Shown piece by piece: positions 27,045-38,572 of a stretch of DNA of 64,000 bases. Made by a program: the position numbers and the translations under genes. The notes under the pieces are model-generated. The model did not search any database. It was not told the origin of the DNA and was given only the letters and a program-made list of their open reading frames with translations. Each line of letters starts with the position of its first letter. The stretch's first letter is position 1. Source of the DNA: a virus; the IMG/VR virus record IMGVR_UViG_3300032236_001457, positions 1-64,000 of that record; one strand, written 5' to 3'.

Positions 27045-29436
27045 TTATGCTAGCTTTAATATTATCTAACTCTTTTTTAAGTTCTTTGATGGCTTCAATT
27101 AGCAATCCAGTAATATTACCATAAGCCACTGATAGATATCCATTGGTATTTTCTTGCACGACCTCGGGAATTATTGTCTGTATCTCTTGGGCAATAACTC
27201 CGATATTTGTCTTGCCATCTTGAAGACTGCGATAATTTACTCCCCTTAATTGTAGAACTTTTTCTAAAGCATCTTCAATGGTAGTAATATCGGTTTTTAA
27301 TCTTTGATCAGATGTAGCAGTAACGTTAACAAAACTAGGGCTATCGGTAGTAGCCACTCCTTGGTTCATTGCTAAAGCATAGGAATTACTAGGTCCTTGT
27401 GGTCCTTGCGGCCCAGTATTACCCTGCGGTCCCTGTGGTCCTTGTGCGCCAGTATTACCCTGCGGTCCCTGCGGTCCTTGTGCGCCAGTATTGCCTTGTG
27501 GACCTTGTGGTCCTTGTGCTCCAGTATTGCCTTGAGGTCCCTGTGGCCCTTGTGCTCCAGTATTGCCTTGCGGGCCTTGCGCACCAGTATTTCCCTGTGG
27601 CCCTTGGGGTCCCTGCGGACCGGCATTACCTTGGGGTCCCTGTGGTCCTTGTGCGCCAGCATTACCCTGTGGCCCTTGTGGTCCGGTATTTCCCTGTGGC
27701 CCTTGTGGCCCTTGTGGACCAGCATTACCCTGTGGCCCTTGTGGTCCGGTATTGCCTTGTGGTCCTTGTGGTCCTTGTGCGCCAGCATTACCCTGTGGCC
27801 CTTGTGGTCCTTGAGGGCCTTGTGGTCCTTGGGCACCTGCTCCACTTGGTCCTTGTGGTCCAGTAACTCCTTGTGGTCCAGTTGGACCTTGAACTCCGCC
27901 GATTCCGACTCCAGTCGGTCCACTCGGTCCTTGTGGTCCAGTTACTCCTTGAGGCCCTTGCACTCCACCAATTCCGACCCCTGTTGGCCCACTTGGCCCT
28001 TGCGGTCCAGTCACACCTTGTGGTCCTTGCGAACCTACTCCACTCGGTCCTTGTGGTCCAGTGACTCCTTGTGGTCCAGTTGGTCCTTGAACTCCGCCGA
28101 TTCCGACTCCAGTCGGTCCACTTGGTCCTTGTGGTCCGGCAACTCCTTGTGGGCCTTGCGCACCTACTCCGCTCGGTCCTTGTGGTCCAGTAACTCCTTG
28201 AGGTCCAGTCGGTCCTTGCACTCCACCAATTCCGACTCCAGTTGGCCCGCTCGGTCCTTGTGGTCCAGTTACTCCTTGTGGTCCCTGTGGTCCTTGAGCA
28301 CCTACTCCGCTCGGTCCTTGTGGTCCAGTATCCCCTTGTGGTCCAGTCGGTCCCTGAACTCCACCAAGCCCTACTCCTGTTGGCCCCACTGGTCCTTGTG
28401 GTCCAGTTACTCCTTGTGGTCCTTGAGCACCTGCTCCGCTCGGCCCCTGTGGTCCTGCAACTCCTTGTGGTCCGGTCGGTCCTTGCACTCCACCGATTCC
28501 GACTCCAGTTGGCCCTGCTGGTCCTTGCGGTCCGGTAACTCCTTGTGGTCCTTGAGCACCTGCTCCTGTAGGACCCGACGGTCCTTGTGGCCCAGTTAAT
28601 CCTTGTGGCCCAGTTGGTCCTTGCACTCCGCCGAGCCCTACTCCGGTCGGTCCTACTGGTCCTTGTGGTCCTTCTACACCTTGCGGTCCCTGTGGACCAG
28701 GATCGCCTTGTGCCCCTTGTGGGCCAGTTAATCCTTGTGGTCCGGTTGGTCCTTGAACTCCACCAAGTCCGACACCTGTTGGTCCTACTGGTCCTTGTGG
28801 TCCAGTTACTCCTTGTGGCCCTTGAGCACCTGCCCCACTCGGTCCTACTGGTCCTTGTGGCCCAGTTGCTCCCTGTGGTCCTTGAACACCTGCTCCTGTT
28901 GGTCCACTGGCTCCTTGTGGACCAGTTACACCTTGCGGTCCTGGATCACCTTGTGGTCCTTGCGGTCCTTCTACTCCAGTTGGTCCTGTATAACCTGTAT
29001 ATCCCTGCGGCCCAGATACTCCACTTGGGCCGCTCGGTCCTGTAACTCCTTGCGGGCCGGGCACGTTGCTAACTCCACTTGGTCCCTGTGGCCCGACAAC
29101 TCCCTGTGGACCTTGTGGTCCTGTAACTCCCTGTGGTCCTTGAGGCCCGGTAACTCCTTGTGGACCTTGTGGTCCTGTAACTCCCTGCGGTCCTTGAGGC
29201 CCAGTAACTCCCTGCGGTCCTTGTGGTCCCTGCGGTCCAGTTACACCTTGCGGTCCTTTCGGACCCTGTGGACCGGCTCCTCCGGAAACTACACCTAATA
29301 GTTGTGTAACTTGATCTGCGGTGATATATTGAGTCACTGCACTATCTTGTACAACAAATGTAGTTTCCGCAGTTGTAGGGTTATTTAAATGCGGTAATTG
29401 TACAAGATTAGGAGGAAATGGTGGTCTAGTAGTCAT
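27031..29436 (-). CDS. Long collagen triple-helix tail fibre with C-terminal intramolecular chaperone
   Basis: About 630 aa of mostly Gly-X-Y repeats, then SDQRLK...IGVIAQE...[15 protein letters not shown]. Confidence 0.88.
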   Translation of the reverse strand: MTTRPPFPPNLVQLPHLNNPTTAETTFVVQDSAVTQYITADQVTQLLGVVSGGAGPQGPKGPQGVTGPQGPQGPQGVTGPQGPQGVTGPQGPQGVTGPQGPQGVTGPQGPQGVVGPQGPSGVSNVPGPQGVTGPSGPSGVSGPQGYTGYTGPTGVEGPQGPQGDPGPQGVTGPQGASGPTGAGVQGPQGATGPQGPVGPSGAGAQGPQGVTGPQGPVGPTGVGLGGVQGPTGPQGLTGPQGAQGDPGPQGPQGVEGPQGPVGPTGVGLGGVQGPTGPQGLTGPQGPSGPTGAGAQGPQGVTGPQGPAGPTGVGIGGVQGPTGPQGVAGPQGPSGAGAQGPQGVTGPQGPVGPTGVGLGGVQGPTGPQGDTGPQGPSGVGAQGPQGPQGVTGPQGPSGPTGVGIGGVQGPTGPQGVTGPQGPSGVGAQGPQGVAGPQGPSGPTGVGIGGVQGPTGPQGVTGPQGPSGVGSQGPQGVTGPQGPSGPTGVGIGGVQGPQGVTGPQGPSGPTGVGIGGVQGPTGPQGVTGPQGPSGAGAQGPQGPQGPQGPQGNAGAQGPQGPQGNTGPQGPQGNAGPQGPQGPQGNTGPQGPQGNAGAQGPQGPQGNAGPQGPQGPQGNTGAQGPQGNTGAQGPQGPQGNTGAQGPQGPQGNTGAQGPQGPQGNTGAQGPQGPQGNTGPQGPQGPSNSYALAMNQGVATTDSPSFVNVTATSDQRLKTDITTIEDALEKVLQLRGVNYRSLQDGKTNIGVIAQEIQTIIPEVVQENTNGYLSVAYGNITGLLIEAIKELKKELDNIKASINGIN
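27390..29280 (-). repeat. Collagen-coding tandem repeats ([29 protein letters not shown])
   Basis: Dense ggtccttgtggtcc-type repeats on the + strand. Confidence 0.95.
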
Positions 29437-31534
29437 TGGAGATACTCTGGTTGCTGAATATTAGATATTTAGCAGAACTACTGTCTTTGCTTTTCTGCAC
29501 AATTAGGCGATCTACTTCGAAATCTAGTAGTTTAAAATCAAATCCACTTAATTGAATTCTGCTGGCAATACGAGAACCTTGCCCGGGTAGAGCATAACAT
29601 ATCGGTATTACGCTCATGTAATAAGGAGGCAAATAATCTCCAGATTGTGCAGTTCGCATATAGACTGGTTCATTATATTCATTAGTTTCAATAACACTGT
29701 TATCTTCTAATGTTAACTGTTGTAATCTAGTTCTTTGATTTTTTATATTGGAAGGGTAATAGGTTACTCCATTGGATTCAATTGAAGTAACTGCTCCTGC
29801 TTGATCATTTACAGCATCAACATACACCACTTCATATACCACAGTTCCGGTGCTGTCTTTGGCTATGGCAGTTTTAACTTTACCAAAATAGATACGCTGT
29901 TTGTAAAAGTTTTGTGCTAATGCCGGCACATACTGTTCTAGATTTATTCGTTCTATACCAAATTCTAAAACCATTTTAATATTGTGTTGAACTCCAAAGT
30001 TGGGATCATAATATCTATAGATCAGTGCAGGATCAAATGTAAATGTATTGCCGGTAAAGTCTTGATAGTTTCTGCGTTTGTCTAAAGGCAAGAATGGTCT
30101 GTAATAAATTTCAGTATATTCAGTGCTGGTAGTTTCAGCAACAGTTAAATTAAACTCTCTTGATACAGAACTTAATTCATACACATCGCTGGCTAATACA
30201 GTGAATGTAGAAGTTCCTATAGAGTGATAATCAACCTTGCCACAGATGCTGCCATCTCTAGCCAGTGTCAATCCGGGAGGTAATGCTCCGTCAGTTAAAG
30301 AATATTTTATAGTGTATTCTGAATTTAGCTGACGAGCAACAACTCCAAGCTCGCTGACAATTCCAGTTTCGATAGTGCCTAGATTGGGTTCAGTGACCCA
30401 TTCTATAGTGCTTTCCACCTCACCTTTTACAGTCATGGTGAATGTGTTTACTACTACTATAGTGCTGGTTGACATATTATCGTATTTTGTGGCTGCTACA
30501 GTTACCGAATAATCTGTAGAATAAGCCGGTTGATAAGGAAGGTAACCAAAGATATATCCGGTTGTAGGATCTAATTCTAATCCCGGCGGTAAATTAGTGT
30601 ATGCTGTGGTCCCGGTGACTATAGAATAGGTTATGATTCCTGTTTCCGGACGTGGATCGTATGCTGTTACTGGCTGATCTAAATTGTTATTCGATCGAAA
30701 TACGCCAAGGCTAGTTCCATTTAAAAACTGTGGAGGTTGTAGGTAACTAACATTTGCTCGTAATAAACTGATATCTAAGATAGATTGACTAAATTTTAAC
30801 AAATTATCAGATCTAAATATGTCAGGATGCACTCCTATCACGGTAAACGATTTAATGACACTAGCAACTCCATCACTAGCTGACACTGAAAAATTATAAG
30901 TCTTAGGTTGGCTAATATAGTATTCGTAATTATCGGAATCTGATGTGACAAAGTTATCATTATAGACACCGTAAATTCTTCCAGATTTAGATAAACTTAA
31001 ATTTGGAGGAAGATGTCCGGACACTAGAGAGTAGGTAATTGATGTGGATAACGGTGCTTGTTCTGGAACAGATTCAAGTTGATATTCTACCCATTGATTA
31101 TTAACAATGTAAGGATCATTGTTTAGCCCTAATTTTAAATATCCGCCTACTAGTGTTTGCGACAGTGTTCCTATAATAGTTATTGTATTACTAGCTGTTA
31201 AGGTAGATGTTGATGTGCTTATGGTAAAGGTAGCAGTAACTCCGTATGTTGTCCATTGGGGATCGTCGGGTCCTTGCACATCAATAGTAAAGGTACGATC
31301 GGTAATCTGAGTGTTATTATATGCTCTTACGACAAACTTGCTGGTTTTGACATCTAAAACATATCCAGGTGTTCCTGATATAGTTCCAATTGGACTGAGG
31401 TTGAGCCCGTCGGGTAATCGGCCACTGATTATTTTATATTCAGTATTGGTTCCTGATGCATGGATAGCAGTGGAAAAATAAACATTTTCCGTGGCAGTAG
31501 CTAATGCACCGGCGGTGGTGATCCAAGTAATCAT
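29426..31534 (-). CDS. Virion protein with putative Ig (He_PIG-like) domains
   Basis: Repeated Y.(I/L).SG.LP.GL.L...G.I.G units. Confidence 0.8.
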   Translation of the reverse strand: MITWITTAGALATATENVYFSTAIHASGTNTEYKIISGRLPDGLNLSPIGTISGTPGYVLDVKTSKFVVRAYNNTQITDRTFTIDVQGPDDPQWTTYGVTATFTISTSTSTLTASNTITIIGTLSQTLVGGYLKLGLNNDPYIVNNQWVEYQLESVPEQAPLSTSITYSLVSGHLPPNLSLSKSGRIYGVYNDNFVTSDSDNYEYYISQPKTYNFSVSASDGVASVIKSFTVIGVHPDIFRSDNLLKFSQSILDISLLRANVSYLQPPQFLNGTSLGVFRSNNNLDQPVTAYDPRPETGIITYSIVTGTTAYTNLPPGLELDPTTGYIFGYLPYQPAYSTDYSVTVAATKYDNMSTSTIVVVNTFTMTVKGEVESTIEWVTEPNLGTIETGIVSELGVVARQLNSEYTIKYSLTDGALPPGLTLARDGSICGKVDYHSIGTSTFTVLASDVYELSSVSREFNLTVAETTSTEYTEIYYRPFLPLDKRRNYQDFTGNTFTFDPALIYRYYDPNFGVQHNIKMVLEFGIERINLEQYVPALAQNFYKQRIYFGKVKTAIAKDSTGTVVYEVVYVDAVNDQAGAVTSIESNGVTYYPSNIKNQRTRLQQLTLEDNSVIETNEYNEPVYMRTAQSGDYLPPYYMSVIPICYALPGQGSRIASRIQLSGFDFKLLDFEVDRLIVQKSKDSSSAKYLIFSNQSISNDY

Positions 31535-31535
31535 A

Positions 31536-31982
31536 TTATGGTTTCTGTGGCCATACTACATTAAACGGAAATTCTGGCTGTTGGGTAATATCACGAAGCT
31601 GTTGGCGATAAGTTTGCCAATCCTGCGGAATTGGTGTACCTGTATCCATCGCCTTAACTACTACCCAATCACAGTCGTTTAATAACTTAGCACGGTTTAC
31701 CTTAATTAAGTTGGCTGCTTGATTATACTTTTGTTCTTCGGTTCTTGTATCTTCCCAAGTTTTAGTAGACCAATTCCAAGTATGTTTTAAGTCTGGTCTA
31801 TCTGGAAAAGCCGCAGTTTCCTTAGTTTCTAAATTGAGATAATATTTTCCATTATCTATAGGTTCTGCTACTTCCAGATAATCAAATTCAGGAGGATATG
31901 GAGAAAGGTTATCCGAACTGTGTGTAGACACATTGCTGAATATTTCTCCGGTTGTGGTATTATAAATTATATAGTTCTTCAT
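31536..31982 (-). CDS. Tail fibre assembly chaperone-like protein
   Basis: R..LL..CDW...WQTYRQQLRDITQQPEFP..V.WP..P. Confidence 0.85.
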   Translation of the reverse strand: MKNYIIYNTTTGEIFSNVSTHSSDNLSPYPPEFDYLEVAEPIDNGKYYLNLETKETAAFPDRPDLKHTWNWSTKTWEDTRTEEQKYNQAANLIKVNRAKLLNDCDWVVVKAMDTGTPIPQDWQTYRQQLRDITQQPEFPFNVVWPQKP

Positions 31983-31983
31983 A

Positions 31984-34983
31984 TTATCTCTTAGTAGATA
32001 TAACTACCAAACTCCTGCCTTGGTAAAAATGAGCACCATGGCTATCACCGCCTCGAACTCTGTAAAAAACTGGACTATTATCACCAACTACATCAGTAAA
32101 TGCCCAACTGATTACCTGTCCTGTATAGTAGGAGTTTGGAGGAGGAGTTACGGCCCATGCAGATTGTATATTTTCATTAGAACCACTATAGCATCTATAA
32201 AGACTAAATGTTGCAGGATCTAGTTGGGATACTCCGTCCCACGGAATAAACACGACATATACACTGATAACTATACTTACCGAACCAAATTGCGTAGGAG
32301 TAACATAACTTCCTTGTAATAATATGTCATTTCCTGTAGCAGAGACACTGTTATTTGCACTGCTACCACCTTGTTCGGTAATAGCATTGGTATTAACGTT
32401 ACCGGTGGAAATTATACTACCATTTATAGTTAGTGCCGATCCATCCCATACCACACTCTTCGAACTGTTACCAAATGCAAATGTCCCATCATTGGCTATG
32501 GTAGCACCTGTACCGGTCATTGTGGTGCCGGACCTTGTTGGAGTTGTTCCAATAGACAGACTACCTGTTACTACAGCGTTGGCCATATTAACAGTGCTGC
32601 CGGATACACTGAACGGAACTACATTCCCGCTGCCGGTATATACTTTAAAATTGTCGGCTTTAACTATAAAATTACTAGACCCACCACCGCTATTGAGTTC
32701 ATATCCGGTGATGGCACCATTGTTGTCAATGGTTACACCATATTTGGCCTGAACTCCATTAATACTGCTGCTAAAATTAGTAATACTGGTCGAATGTCCG
32801 CTAACAGTAGTTTGTAATGTCTGTACACTTGTTGCTAAACTCGAAGTGCTATTTGCAACTGCGGTGTTAACATAACTTTGAGTAGCATATGAACTTAATC
32901 CAGAAGTAGTGACATAATTACTTTCAATTGTGCTTACTCGAGTAGTAATACTGGCAGTGCTATTGGCAATAGCTGTAGTGACATCCGAACTATTGGCTTT
33001 GCTTGATACTGTGCCACTTAATGTGGTATAATTAGTTTCAAGTGTGCTTACCCTAGTAGCAACACTGGCTGTGCTATTGGAGACTGCGGTGTTAACATAA
33101 CTTTGAGTAGCATATGAACTTAATCCAGAAGTAGTGACATAATTACTTTCAATTGTGCTTACTCTAGTGGTAATACTGGCTGTGCTATTAGCAATAGCAG
33201 TAGTAACGTCTGAACTATTGGCTTTACTAGATACTGTGCCGCTTAATGTAGTGTAATTAGTTTCAAGTGTGCTTACTCTGGTAGCAACGCTGGCTGTGCT
33301 GTTAGTAACAGCGGTATTAACATAACTTTGAGTAGCATATGAACTTAATCCAGAGCTAGTAACATAATTACTTTCAATTGTGCTTACTCTAGTGGTAATA
33401 CTGGCTGTGCTATTGGTAATTGCAGTAGTAACATCTGAACTATTAGCTTTACCTGATACTGTGCCACTTAATGAAGTATAATTGGTCTCGAGAGTAGATA
33501 CCCTAGTGGCAACACTGGCTGTGCTATTAGAGACAGCAGTATCAACATATAATGTGCTGGCCTTACCTGATACTGTGCCACTTAATGAAGTATAATTAGT
33601 TTCAAGTGTGCTTACCCTAGTAGCAACACTGGCTGTACTGCTGCTAATCAACGACACCAAATTAGTATAGGTGGCAGAATCAGCCGACACCTTATTATTA
33701 AAATTGGTAGTTAAGGTCTGCAATGAAGTTGCTAAACTGGCTGTGCTATTACTGATTAATGATACTAAATTGGTATAGGTGGCAGAATCAGCCGACACCT
33801 TATTATTAAAATTGGTAGTTAATGTTTGTAATGAACTTGCTAGACTGGCTGTGCTATTAGCTACTGCTGTATCTACATAACTAACTGTGGCACCAGTTCC
33901 GGTGCTTAGTGTATCAAATTTTGCACTTAATATGTTGAATTCACTGATAATACTGGTTACACTGTTAGCCACAGTGACTATATAATTTGTTGAAGTGGCA
34001 ATTGAAGTAACTGATGTTGCGATATTGGTATAGTTACTCTCAAGTGTTGTCACTCTAGAAGCAATACTACCTGTGCTGCTGCTAATTAGTGATACTAAGT
34101 TGGTATAGGTAGCAGAATCTGCTGTAACTTTATCATTAAAATTGGTTGTTAGTGTTTGCAATGAAGTTGCTAAACTACTGGTGCTGTTTGATACAGCAGT
34201 ATCAACATATGATATACTGGCCTTACCCGATACTGTGCTACTTAATGAAGTATAGTTGGTTTCGAGTGTGGATACTCTAGTAGCAATACTACCTGTGCTA
34301 TTACTGATTAGTGATACTAAATTGGTATAGGTAGCAGAATCCGCGGTTACTTTGTTATTAAAATTAGTAGTTAGTGTTTGTAATGAACTTGCTAGACTGG
34401 CTGTGCTATTGGATACAGCAGTGTCAACATATGATATACTAGCTTTGCCCGATACTGTGCTACTTAATGAAGTGTAATTGGTTTCGAGTGTAGATACTCT
34501 GGTAGCAATACTGCCTGTGCTATTGCTGATCAACGATACTAAATTAGTGTAGGTAGCAGAATCAGCTGTTACTTTATCATTAAAATTGGTTGTTAGTGTT
34601 TGTAATGAACTTGCTAGACTAGAGGTGCTGTTAGAAACAGCCAGATCTACATAACTGACTGTAGCACCGGTTCCGGTGCTCAGTGTATTAAAATTAGTTT
34701 CTAGGGTGGTTATTCTAGTAGTAATACTACCTGTGCTACTAGAAATTAATGATATTAAATTAGTATAACTACTAGAAACTTGCAGTTCTAAATTACTTAA
34801 TCTAGTAGTTAATGTAGTTAGATCAACTACAGAATTCCCGCCATTCTCAAGCACTAGGGTAGTCGAAAACCCTCCTGAATAGAGTTCAGCAAAATTGGTA
34901 TTAATTTTATCAAACGCATCTCGGATACTGTCGCCGACGCCGTCGTTTGGTTGACTACCAATATTGATTAATCTTTGTGCCAT
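31984..34983 (-). CDS. Long repetitive tail fibre with DUF1983/lambda-J-like C-terminal segment
   Basis: Anchor INIGSQPNDGVGDSIRDAFDKIN.NF.ELY; Ser/Thr-rich heptad repeats; YGVTIDNNGAITGY...FIVKADNF. Confidence 0.8.
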   Translation of the reverse strand: MAQRLINIGSQPNDGVGDSIRDAFDKINTNFAELYSGGFSTTLVLENGGNSVVDLTTLTTRLSNLELQVSSSYTNLISLISSSTGSITTRITTLETNFNTLSTGTGATVSYVDLAVSNSTSSLASSLQTLTTNFNDKVTADSATYTNLVSLISNSTGSIATRVSTLETNYTSLSSTVSGKASISYVDTAVSNSTASLASSLQTLTTNFNNKVTADSATYTNLVSLISNSTGSIATRVSTLETNYTSLSSTVSGKASISYVDTAVSNSTSSLATSLQTLTTNFNDKVTADSATYTNLVSLISSSTGSIASRVTTLESNYTNIATSVTSIATSTNYIVTVANSVTSIISEFNILSAKFDTLSTGTGATVSYVDTAVANSTASLASSLQTLTTNFNNKVSADSATYTNLVSLISNSTASLATSLQTLTTNFNNKVSADSATYTNLVSLISSSTASVATRVSTLETNYTSLSGTVSGKASTLYVDTAVSNSTASVATRVSTLETNYTSLSGTVSGKANSSDVTTAITNSTASITTRVSTIESNYVTSSGLSSYATQSYVNTAVTNSTASVATRVSTLETNYTTLSGTVSSKANSSDVTTAIANSTASITTRVSTIESNYVTTSGLSSYATQSYVNTAVSNSTASVATRVSTLETNYTTLSGTVSSKANSSDVTTAIANSTASITTRVSTIESNYVTTSGLSSYATQSYVNTAVANSTSSLATSVQTLQTTVSGHSTSITNFSSSINGVQAKYGVTIDNNGAITGYELNSGGGSSNFIVKADNFKVYTGSGNVVPFSVSGSTVNMANAVVTGSLSIGTTPTRSGTTMTGTGATIANDGTFAFGNSSKSVVWDGSALTINGSIISTGNVNTNAITEQGGSSANNSVSATGNDILLQGSYVTPTQFGSVSIVISVYVVFIPWDGVSQLDPATFSLYRCYSGSNENIQSAWAVTPPPNSYYTGQVISWAFTDVVGDNSPVFYRVRGGDSHGAHFYQGRSLVVISTKR
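32820..34750 (-). repeat. Coding tandem repeats, composite units of about 75 aa (225 nt)
   Basis: Recurring NSTAS, TRVSTLETNY, ADSATYTNLVSLIS and SYATQSYVNTAV blocks. Confidence 0.9.
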
Positions 34984-35036
34984 TTCTACCCCAATAAAAT
35001 AACTATAAGGGTATTTATCTATATATTAGATAGTAT

Positions 35037-35258
35037 TCAATGTAGGGTTTTATTCCCTAATTCTTCAAAAGAATTAATGCCAAATACACTCAATATGGCC
35101 TGTATTTCTTGTGGTGGATCTTCCATTAAATGCTCAGGATACATCACGCTTTTTAATGTGCCATCTGGACCTATAATAAATCCAAAATCATCGTGATGCA
35201 TTTCGTCTTCATCGTCTTGATACTCTTCAATTTCTACTGCGGCTGTGTTGTTGGACAT
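35037..35258 (-). CDS. Hypothetical acidic protein
   Basis: ORF track; GGAG RBS. Confidence 0.7.
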   Translation of the reverse strand: MSNNTAAVEIEEYQDDEDEMHHDDFGFIIGPDGTLKSVMYPEHLMEDPPQEIQAILSVFGINSFEELGNKTLH

Positions 35259-35271
35259 TGTGTTACTCCGG

Positions 35272-35844
35272 TTAAGTATTGTCTAGATTAATTCTATCGT
35301 TTATGACCGACCAATCAATTGCCCTCCATATGTTGTTTAAGTATTTTGCTTTATCTGCTTGGTAGTCCAATGACCAACTATGCTCCCACCAGTCTATTAA
35401 CAGTATAATATCTGATCGCATTTCGTGGTTAACAATGGTTTTAATTTTTCCATTGCGGGCAAGATACACCCATCCTGACCCCTGTATTGCCATAGCAGTC
35501 TTTTCAAATTCTGATTTCATGTCATCAAAACTGCTGAATTTTTTATTAATGAATTCTAAACTGACCCCGGTTGGTTTATTACTACCAGCAGGTGCTTTTA
35601 ACTGTGGGAAAAATATGTTATGTAAGAAAGCACCGGCTTGATTAAAGCGGTCATCACCTTCGCTGCGGTTGTATCTATCAACATAACCCTTGGCTAATTT
35701 ACCATAATGGTAGTCAATAGTTTCTTTACTCATTACGGGTGCTAGATCATCTCTACCATACGGTAATGGTTCTAATGCCAGTTTTTCTCTTTTAGATTCA
35801 GTTAGATCTATGAATCTTTTTAAGTCGCTTAATGATTTTTCCAT
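35272..35844 (-). CDS. sod: Fe/Mn superoxide dismutase
   Basis: LPY...LAPVMSKETIDYHYGK, HNIFF, GSGW, DWWEH; the four metal ligands are retained. Confidence 0.9.
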   Translation of the reverse strand: MEKSLSDLKRFIDLTESKREKLALEPLPYGRDDLAPVMSKETIDYHYGKLAKGYVDRYNRSEGDDRFNQAGAFLHNIFFPQLKAPAGSNKPTGVSLEFINKKFSSFDDMKSEFEKTAMAIQGSGWVYLARNGKIKTIVNHEMRSDIILLIDWWEHSWSLDYQADKAKYLNNIWRAIDWSVINDRINLDNT

Positions 35845-35849
35845 ATAAG

Positions 35850-35857
35850 TATTTATA
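35850..35857 (-). promoter_or_regulatory. T4-type late promoter TATAAATA
   Basis: Exact consensus directly upstream of sod. Confidence 0.65.
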
Positions 35858-35897
35858 GAGGTTAAATAAACTTACATTATTTGAAAAGGAATTCAAA

Positions 35898-36221
35898 ATG
35901 GAACTGATTATCGTTTTAGCTATTGTAGGCATCATCATTGCCTTTCTAGTCATGCAGAGAAGAAAAGAAATTGCAGTTGTAGACCAACCTGCAGTAGGTC
36001 AACCGTTTCTACCTACAGAACCTGTAGCAGAGCCAGTCATTGAGCCAGTGGTAGAAGCTGCTCCTGTAGTAGCAACTGCAGAGGTTGCCGCTCCGGCTGT
36101 TGTAGTTGATAAACCGGCGTCAAAGGCCAAAAAGCCACGTAAGCCTAAGGCTGTTGTGGCAGATGATTCGGCTGCCGAGGCTGTTAAGAAGCCCCGCAAG
36201 CCACGTTCAAAGAAGGTTTAA
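35898..36221 (+). CDS. Membrane-anchored protein with Pro/Ala linker and Lys-rich tail
   Basis: N-terminal TM, AAGGA RBS, TAAATA upstream. Confidence 0.7.
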   Translation: MELIIVLAIVGIIIAFLVMQRRKEIAVVDQPAVGQPFLPTEPVAEPVIEPVVEAAPVVATAEVAAPAVVVDKPASKAKKPRKPKAVVADDSAAEAVKKPRKPRSKKV

Positions 36222-37220
36222 TTCTCGAGCCTGATTGGCCAGTTCGAAGCTGGCTAAATTTTTGGCCTTGCTTTCGCACATAAGGTCGAAATGTTCTAGA
36301 AATTGTAGTGCCCATTCATTAACAGACCTATTCCAGTAATAGTCACTGTGGGCACGTAGCTTTTGTTTCTTATGTCCGGACTCAATCAGTGAATGATAAT
36401 CGGGTAGGATGTCTGTGGCATGATCAACGAGATAGTCTTCACGGCTGACGCTATAATGAAGAGTAGGGCGCACACCACGCCAGCTTTCCAAGACACGTCG
36501 GACACGCGGGTCAGTAGGGCTGATATATTCACCCTCCCTCGCCCAATGGTGGTGAATATCAAGAACAATAGGCACAATGTCAGCAATAGATAAGCAATCA
36601 TCTAGCCCCCAGGCGTTTTCTTCGTTTTCGATAGTGAGACAATTACGGGCTTCTGGTGAGAGTCGATTGTAGGTATCGCGAATACCTTGGGGACCGGCTC
36701 TACCGGCGATGTGGACGTTGATCTTGAAATCTTGGAAGGTCTTGCCATATCCCATGTAACGGGCCATATCCGCATGGTATTCAAACTCCTCTATCGAGCG
36801 GGTAACAATATCAGGGTCAGCGGAAGCAAGAACAACAAACTGACCAGGATGCATACTAAGACGAATATTGCTTTCACGAGCGCGATCCCCAATAGGACCA
36901 AGATGCTGCTGAAGATAATTGCAAACATCCCCACGCCGCCAAAAATAGCTCCAATTAGGCTCGGTATAAGCAGTACATAAATCACTACCAAGCCTAACCA
37001 TTTTGAGATGCTCATCAAGCCCACCTATATAATTAACCAAGTTGCCCACAGCAGCAACATTATGGACCATAATGTCCCATAGTCGTTGCTCGGCAATCCC
37101 ACGTTCTTGATTATTTAACCAAGTTATTGTAGTGCTTTTGAAATTGAGGTCAGGAATAGCTTCGATGCCTTTTTTGGTCAAGGCAGATGCCTTGCAGGCA
37201 AAACCGATACGTTTAACCAT
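36207..37220 (-). CDS. uvsE: UV damage endonuclease UvsE/UVDE
   Basis: RIGFAC, RLSMHPGQF, IENEE, VLDIHHH, RAHSDY. Confidence 0.92.
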   Translation of the reverse strand: MVKRIGFACKASALTKKGIEAIPDLNFKSTTITWLNNQERGIAEQRLWDIMVHNVAAVGNLVNYIGGLDEHLKMVRLGSDLCTAYTEPNWSYFWRRGDVCNYLQQHLGPIGDRARESNIRLSMHPGQFVVLASADPDIVTRSIEEFEYHADMARYMGYGKTFQDFKINVHIAGRAGPQGIRDTYNRLSPEARNCLTIENEENAWGLDDCLSIADIVPIVLDIHHHWAREGEYISPTDPRVRRVLESWRGVRPTLHYSVSREDYLVDHATDILPDYHSLIESGHKKQKLRAHSDYYWNRSVNEWALQFLEHFDLMCESKAKNLASFELANQARELNLL

Positions 37221-37419
37221 TGATTAGTTTAACAGCAAGAGTTTGGATTTCTTCTTGGGTAAGAAAGAAGTTGTAAACCGAACGATCTGTAACTTCGCCA
37301 CGGTCGTTAAGACATTCGCCAGCCAGTTCAATACTGAATAGTCCATCGGGTTTTAAACAGGCAGTCTTTTTGCCAATAAGTCTAAAATCCTCTGTTTCTT
37401 TAACAATAAACTCTTTCAT
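37213..37419 (-). CDS. Hypothetical protein (start MKEFIVK)
   Basis: ATGA coupling with the upstream gene. Confidence 0.65.
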   Translation of the reverse strand: MKEFIVKETEDFRLIGKKTACLKPDGLFSIELAGECLNDRGEVTDRSVYNFFLTQEEIQTLAVKLING

Positions 37420-37607
37420 TTGTCTTCCTTTACTTTTGACAAAAACCATTCTCCATTCTCGCCTTCTTTCCATTCTAATGTATCGCCATCGCCCCAACCT
37501 TGCATAGTCAACATATCTGCGGGCAATGGTAAAATTAGTTCACCAGTTTCTGGATCTTCTTCTACGGTTACTGTCCAACGTGTGGGCAATTCATCTGACG
37601 GTCTCAT
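37416..37607 (-). CDS. AbrB/SpoVT-like small DNA-binding protein
   Basis: ELILPLP..ML...GW..GD.LEW pattern. Confidence 0.7.
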   Translation of the reverse strand: MRPSDELPTRWTVTVEEDPETGELILPLPADMLTMQGWGDGDTLEWKEGENGEWFLSKVKEDK

Positions 37608-37636
37608 TTGATATTCCTGTGATGTTGTATGTATAC

Positions 37637-37665
37637 AGTTTACAATACTTTGCGGAAGTAGTCAA
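37637..37665 (-). promoter_or_regulatory. Sigma70-type promoter TTGACT-N17-TAAACT
   Basis: Hexamer match with 17-bp spacer upstream of the AbrB-like/uvsE unit. Confidence 0.55.
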
Positions 37666-38572
37666 TCGTTTTCAACAGTCCTTCTTCCAACTGAATTTTA
37701 GGTTCCCATCCTAGTAGAGATTTGGCTTTGGTAATATCCGGACGACGCTGTTTAGGATCATCCTGTGGTAGTTCTGTTAAATGAATTTGGCTAGTTGATC
37801 CGGTTAATTCAATAATCTTTTGAGCCAATTCCCAAATAGTAAACTCGCCAGGATTTCCAATATTAAAAGGACCTACTGTATCATCATCAGTGGCCATCAG
37901 TGCCATCATACCATCCAGTAAATCATCAACATAGCAAAAACTACGAGTTTGGTGTCCGGAGCCATACATAGTGATATTCTGACCTTTTAATGCCTGAACA
38001 ATAAAGTTACTGACCACTCGTCCATCTCCCTCGGCCATTCTAGGTCCATAGGTGTTGAAGATACGCATGATTTTAGCTCTAACCAAATGAACACGATAGT
38101 AGTCCATAAACAGTGTTTCGGCAGCACGTTTACCTTCGTCGTAGCAAGACCTAATACCAATTGGGTTAACATTACCCCAATATTCTTCAGGCTGTGGGTG
38201 AACGGAGGGATCACCATAGACCTCGCTAGTGCTGGCTTGTAGGATTTTAGCACCAGTTCGTTTTGCCAGTCCGAGCAGGTTGTATGCTCCTAACACACTG
38301 GTCTTCATAGTTTGAATAGGGTCCCATTGATAATGGAATGGGCTGGCAGGACAAGCAAGATTATAAATCTCATCTACTTCCACATATAAAGGGAAGCATA
38401 CATCTTGACGCATTACTTCAAAGTTTTTACGATCTAACAGATGTTCAATATTCTTTTTGCTGCCTGTAAAGTAATTGTCGACACAGAGAACGTGATGTCC
38501 TTGGTTAACTAATCTGTCGCAGAGATGACTACCTAAAAATCCGGCACCGCCGGTTACTAATATTTTCTTCAT
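37640..38572 (-). CDS. UDP-glucuronate decarboxylase (UDP-xylose synthase), SDR family
   Basis: [42 protein letters not shown]. Confidence 0.92.
   Translation of the reverse strand: MKKILVTGGAGFLGSHLCDRLVNQGHHVLCVDNYFTGSKKNIEHLLDRKNFEVMRQDVCFPLYVEVDEIYNLACPASPFHYQWDPIQTMKTSVLGAYNLLGLAKRTGAKILQASTSEVYGDPSVHPQPEEYWGNVNPIGIRSCYDEGKRAAETLFMDYYRVHLVRAKIMRIFNTYGPRMAEGDGRVVSNFIVQALKGQNITMYGSGHQTRSFCYVDDLLDGMMALMATDDDTVGPFNIGNPGEFTIWELAQKIIELTGSTSQIHLTELPQDDPKQRRPDITKAKSLLGWEPKIQLEEGLLKTIDYFRKVL

Noticed and set aside
27372-29298. Long alternative-frame and antisense ORFs (GPC, WSL and HKD repeats) over the collagen gene
   Set aside because: These are shadows of Gly-Pro-Gln codon repeats that lack stops; there are no independent start signals.
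23298-34983. Diversity-generating retroelement acting on tail fibres
   Set aside because: No reverse transcriptase and no TR/VR pair differing at adenines were seen.
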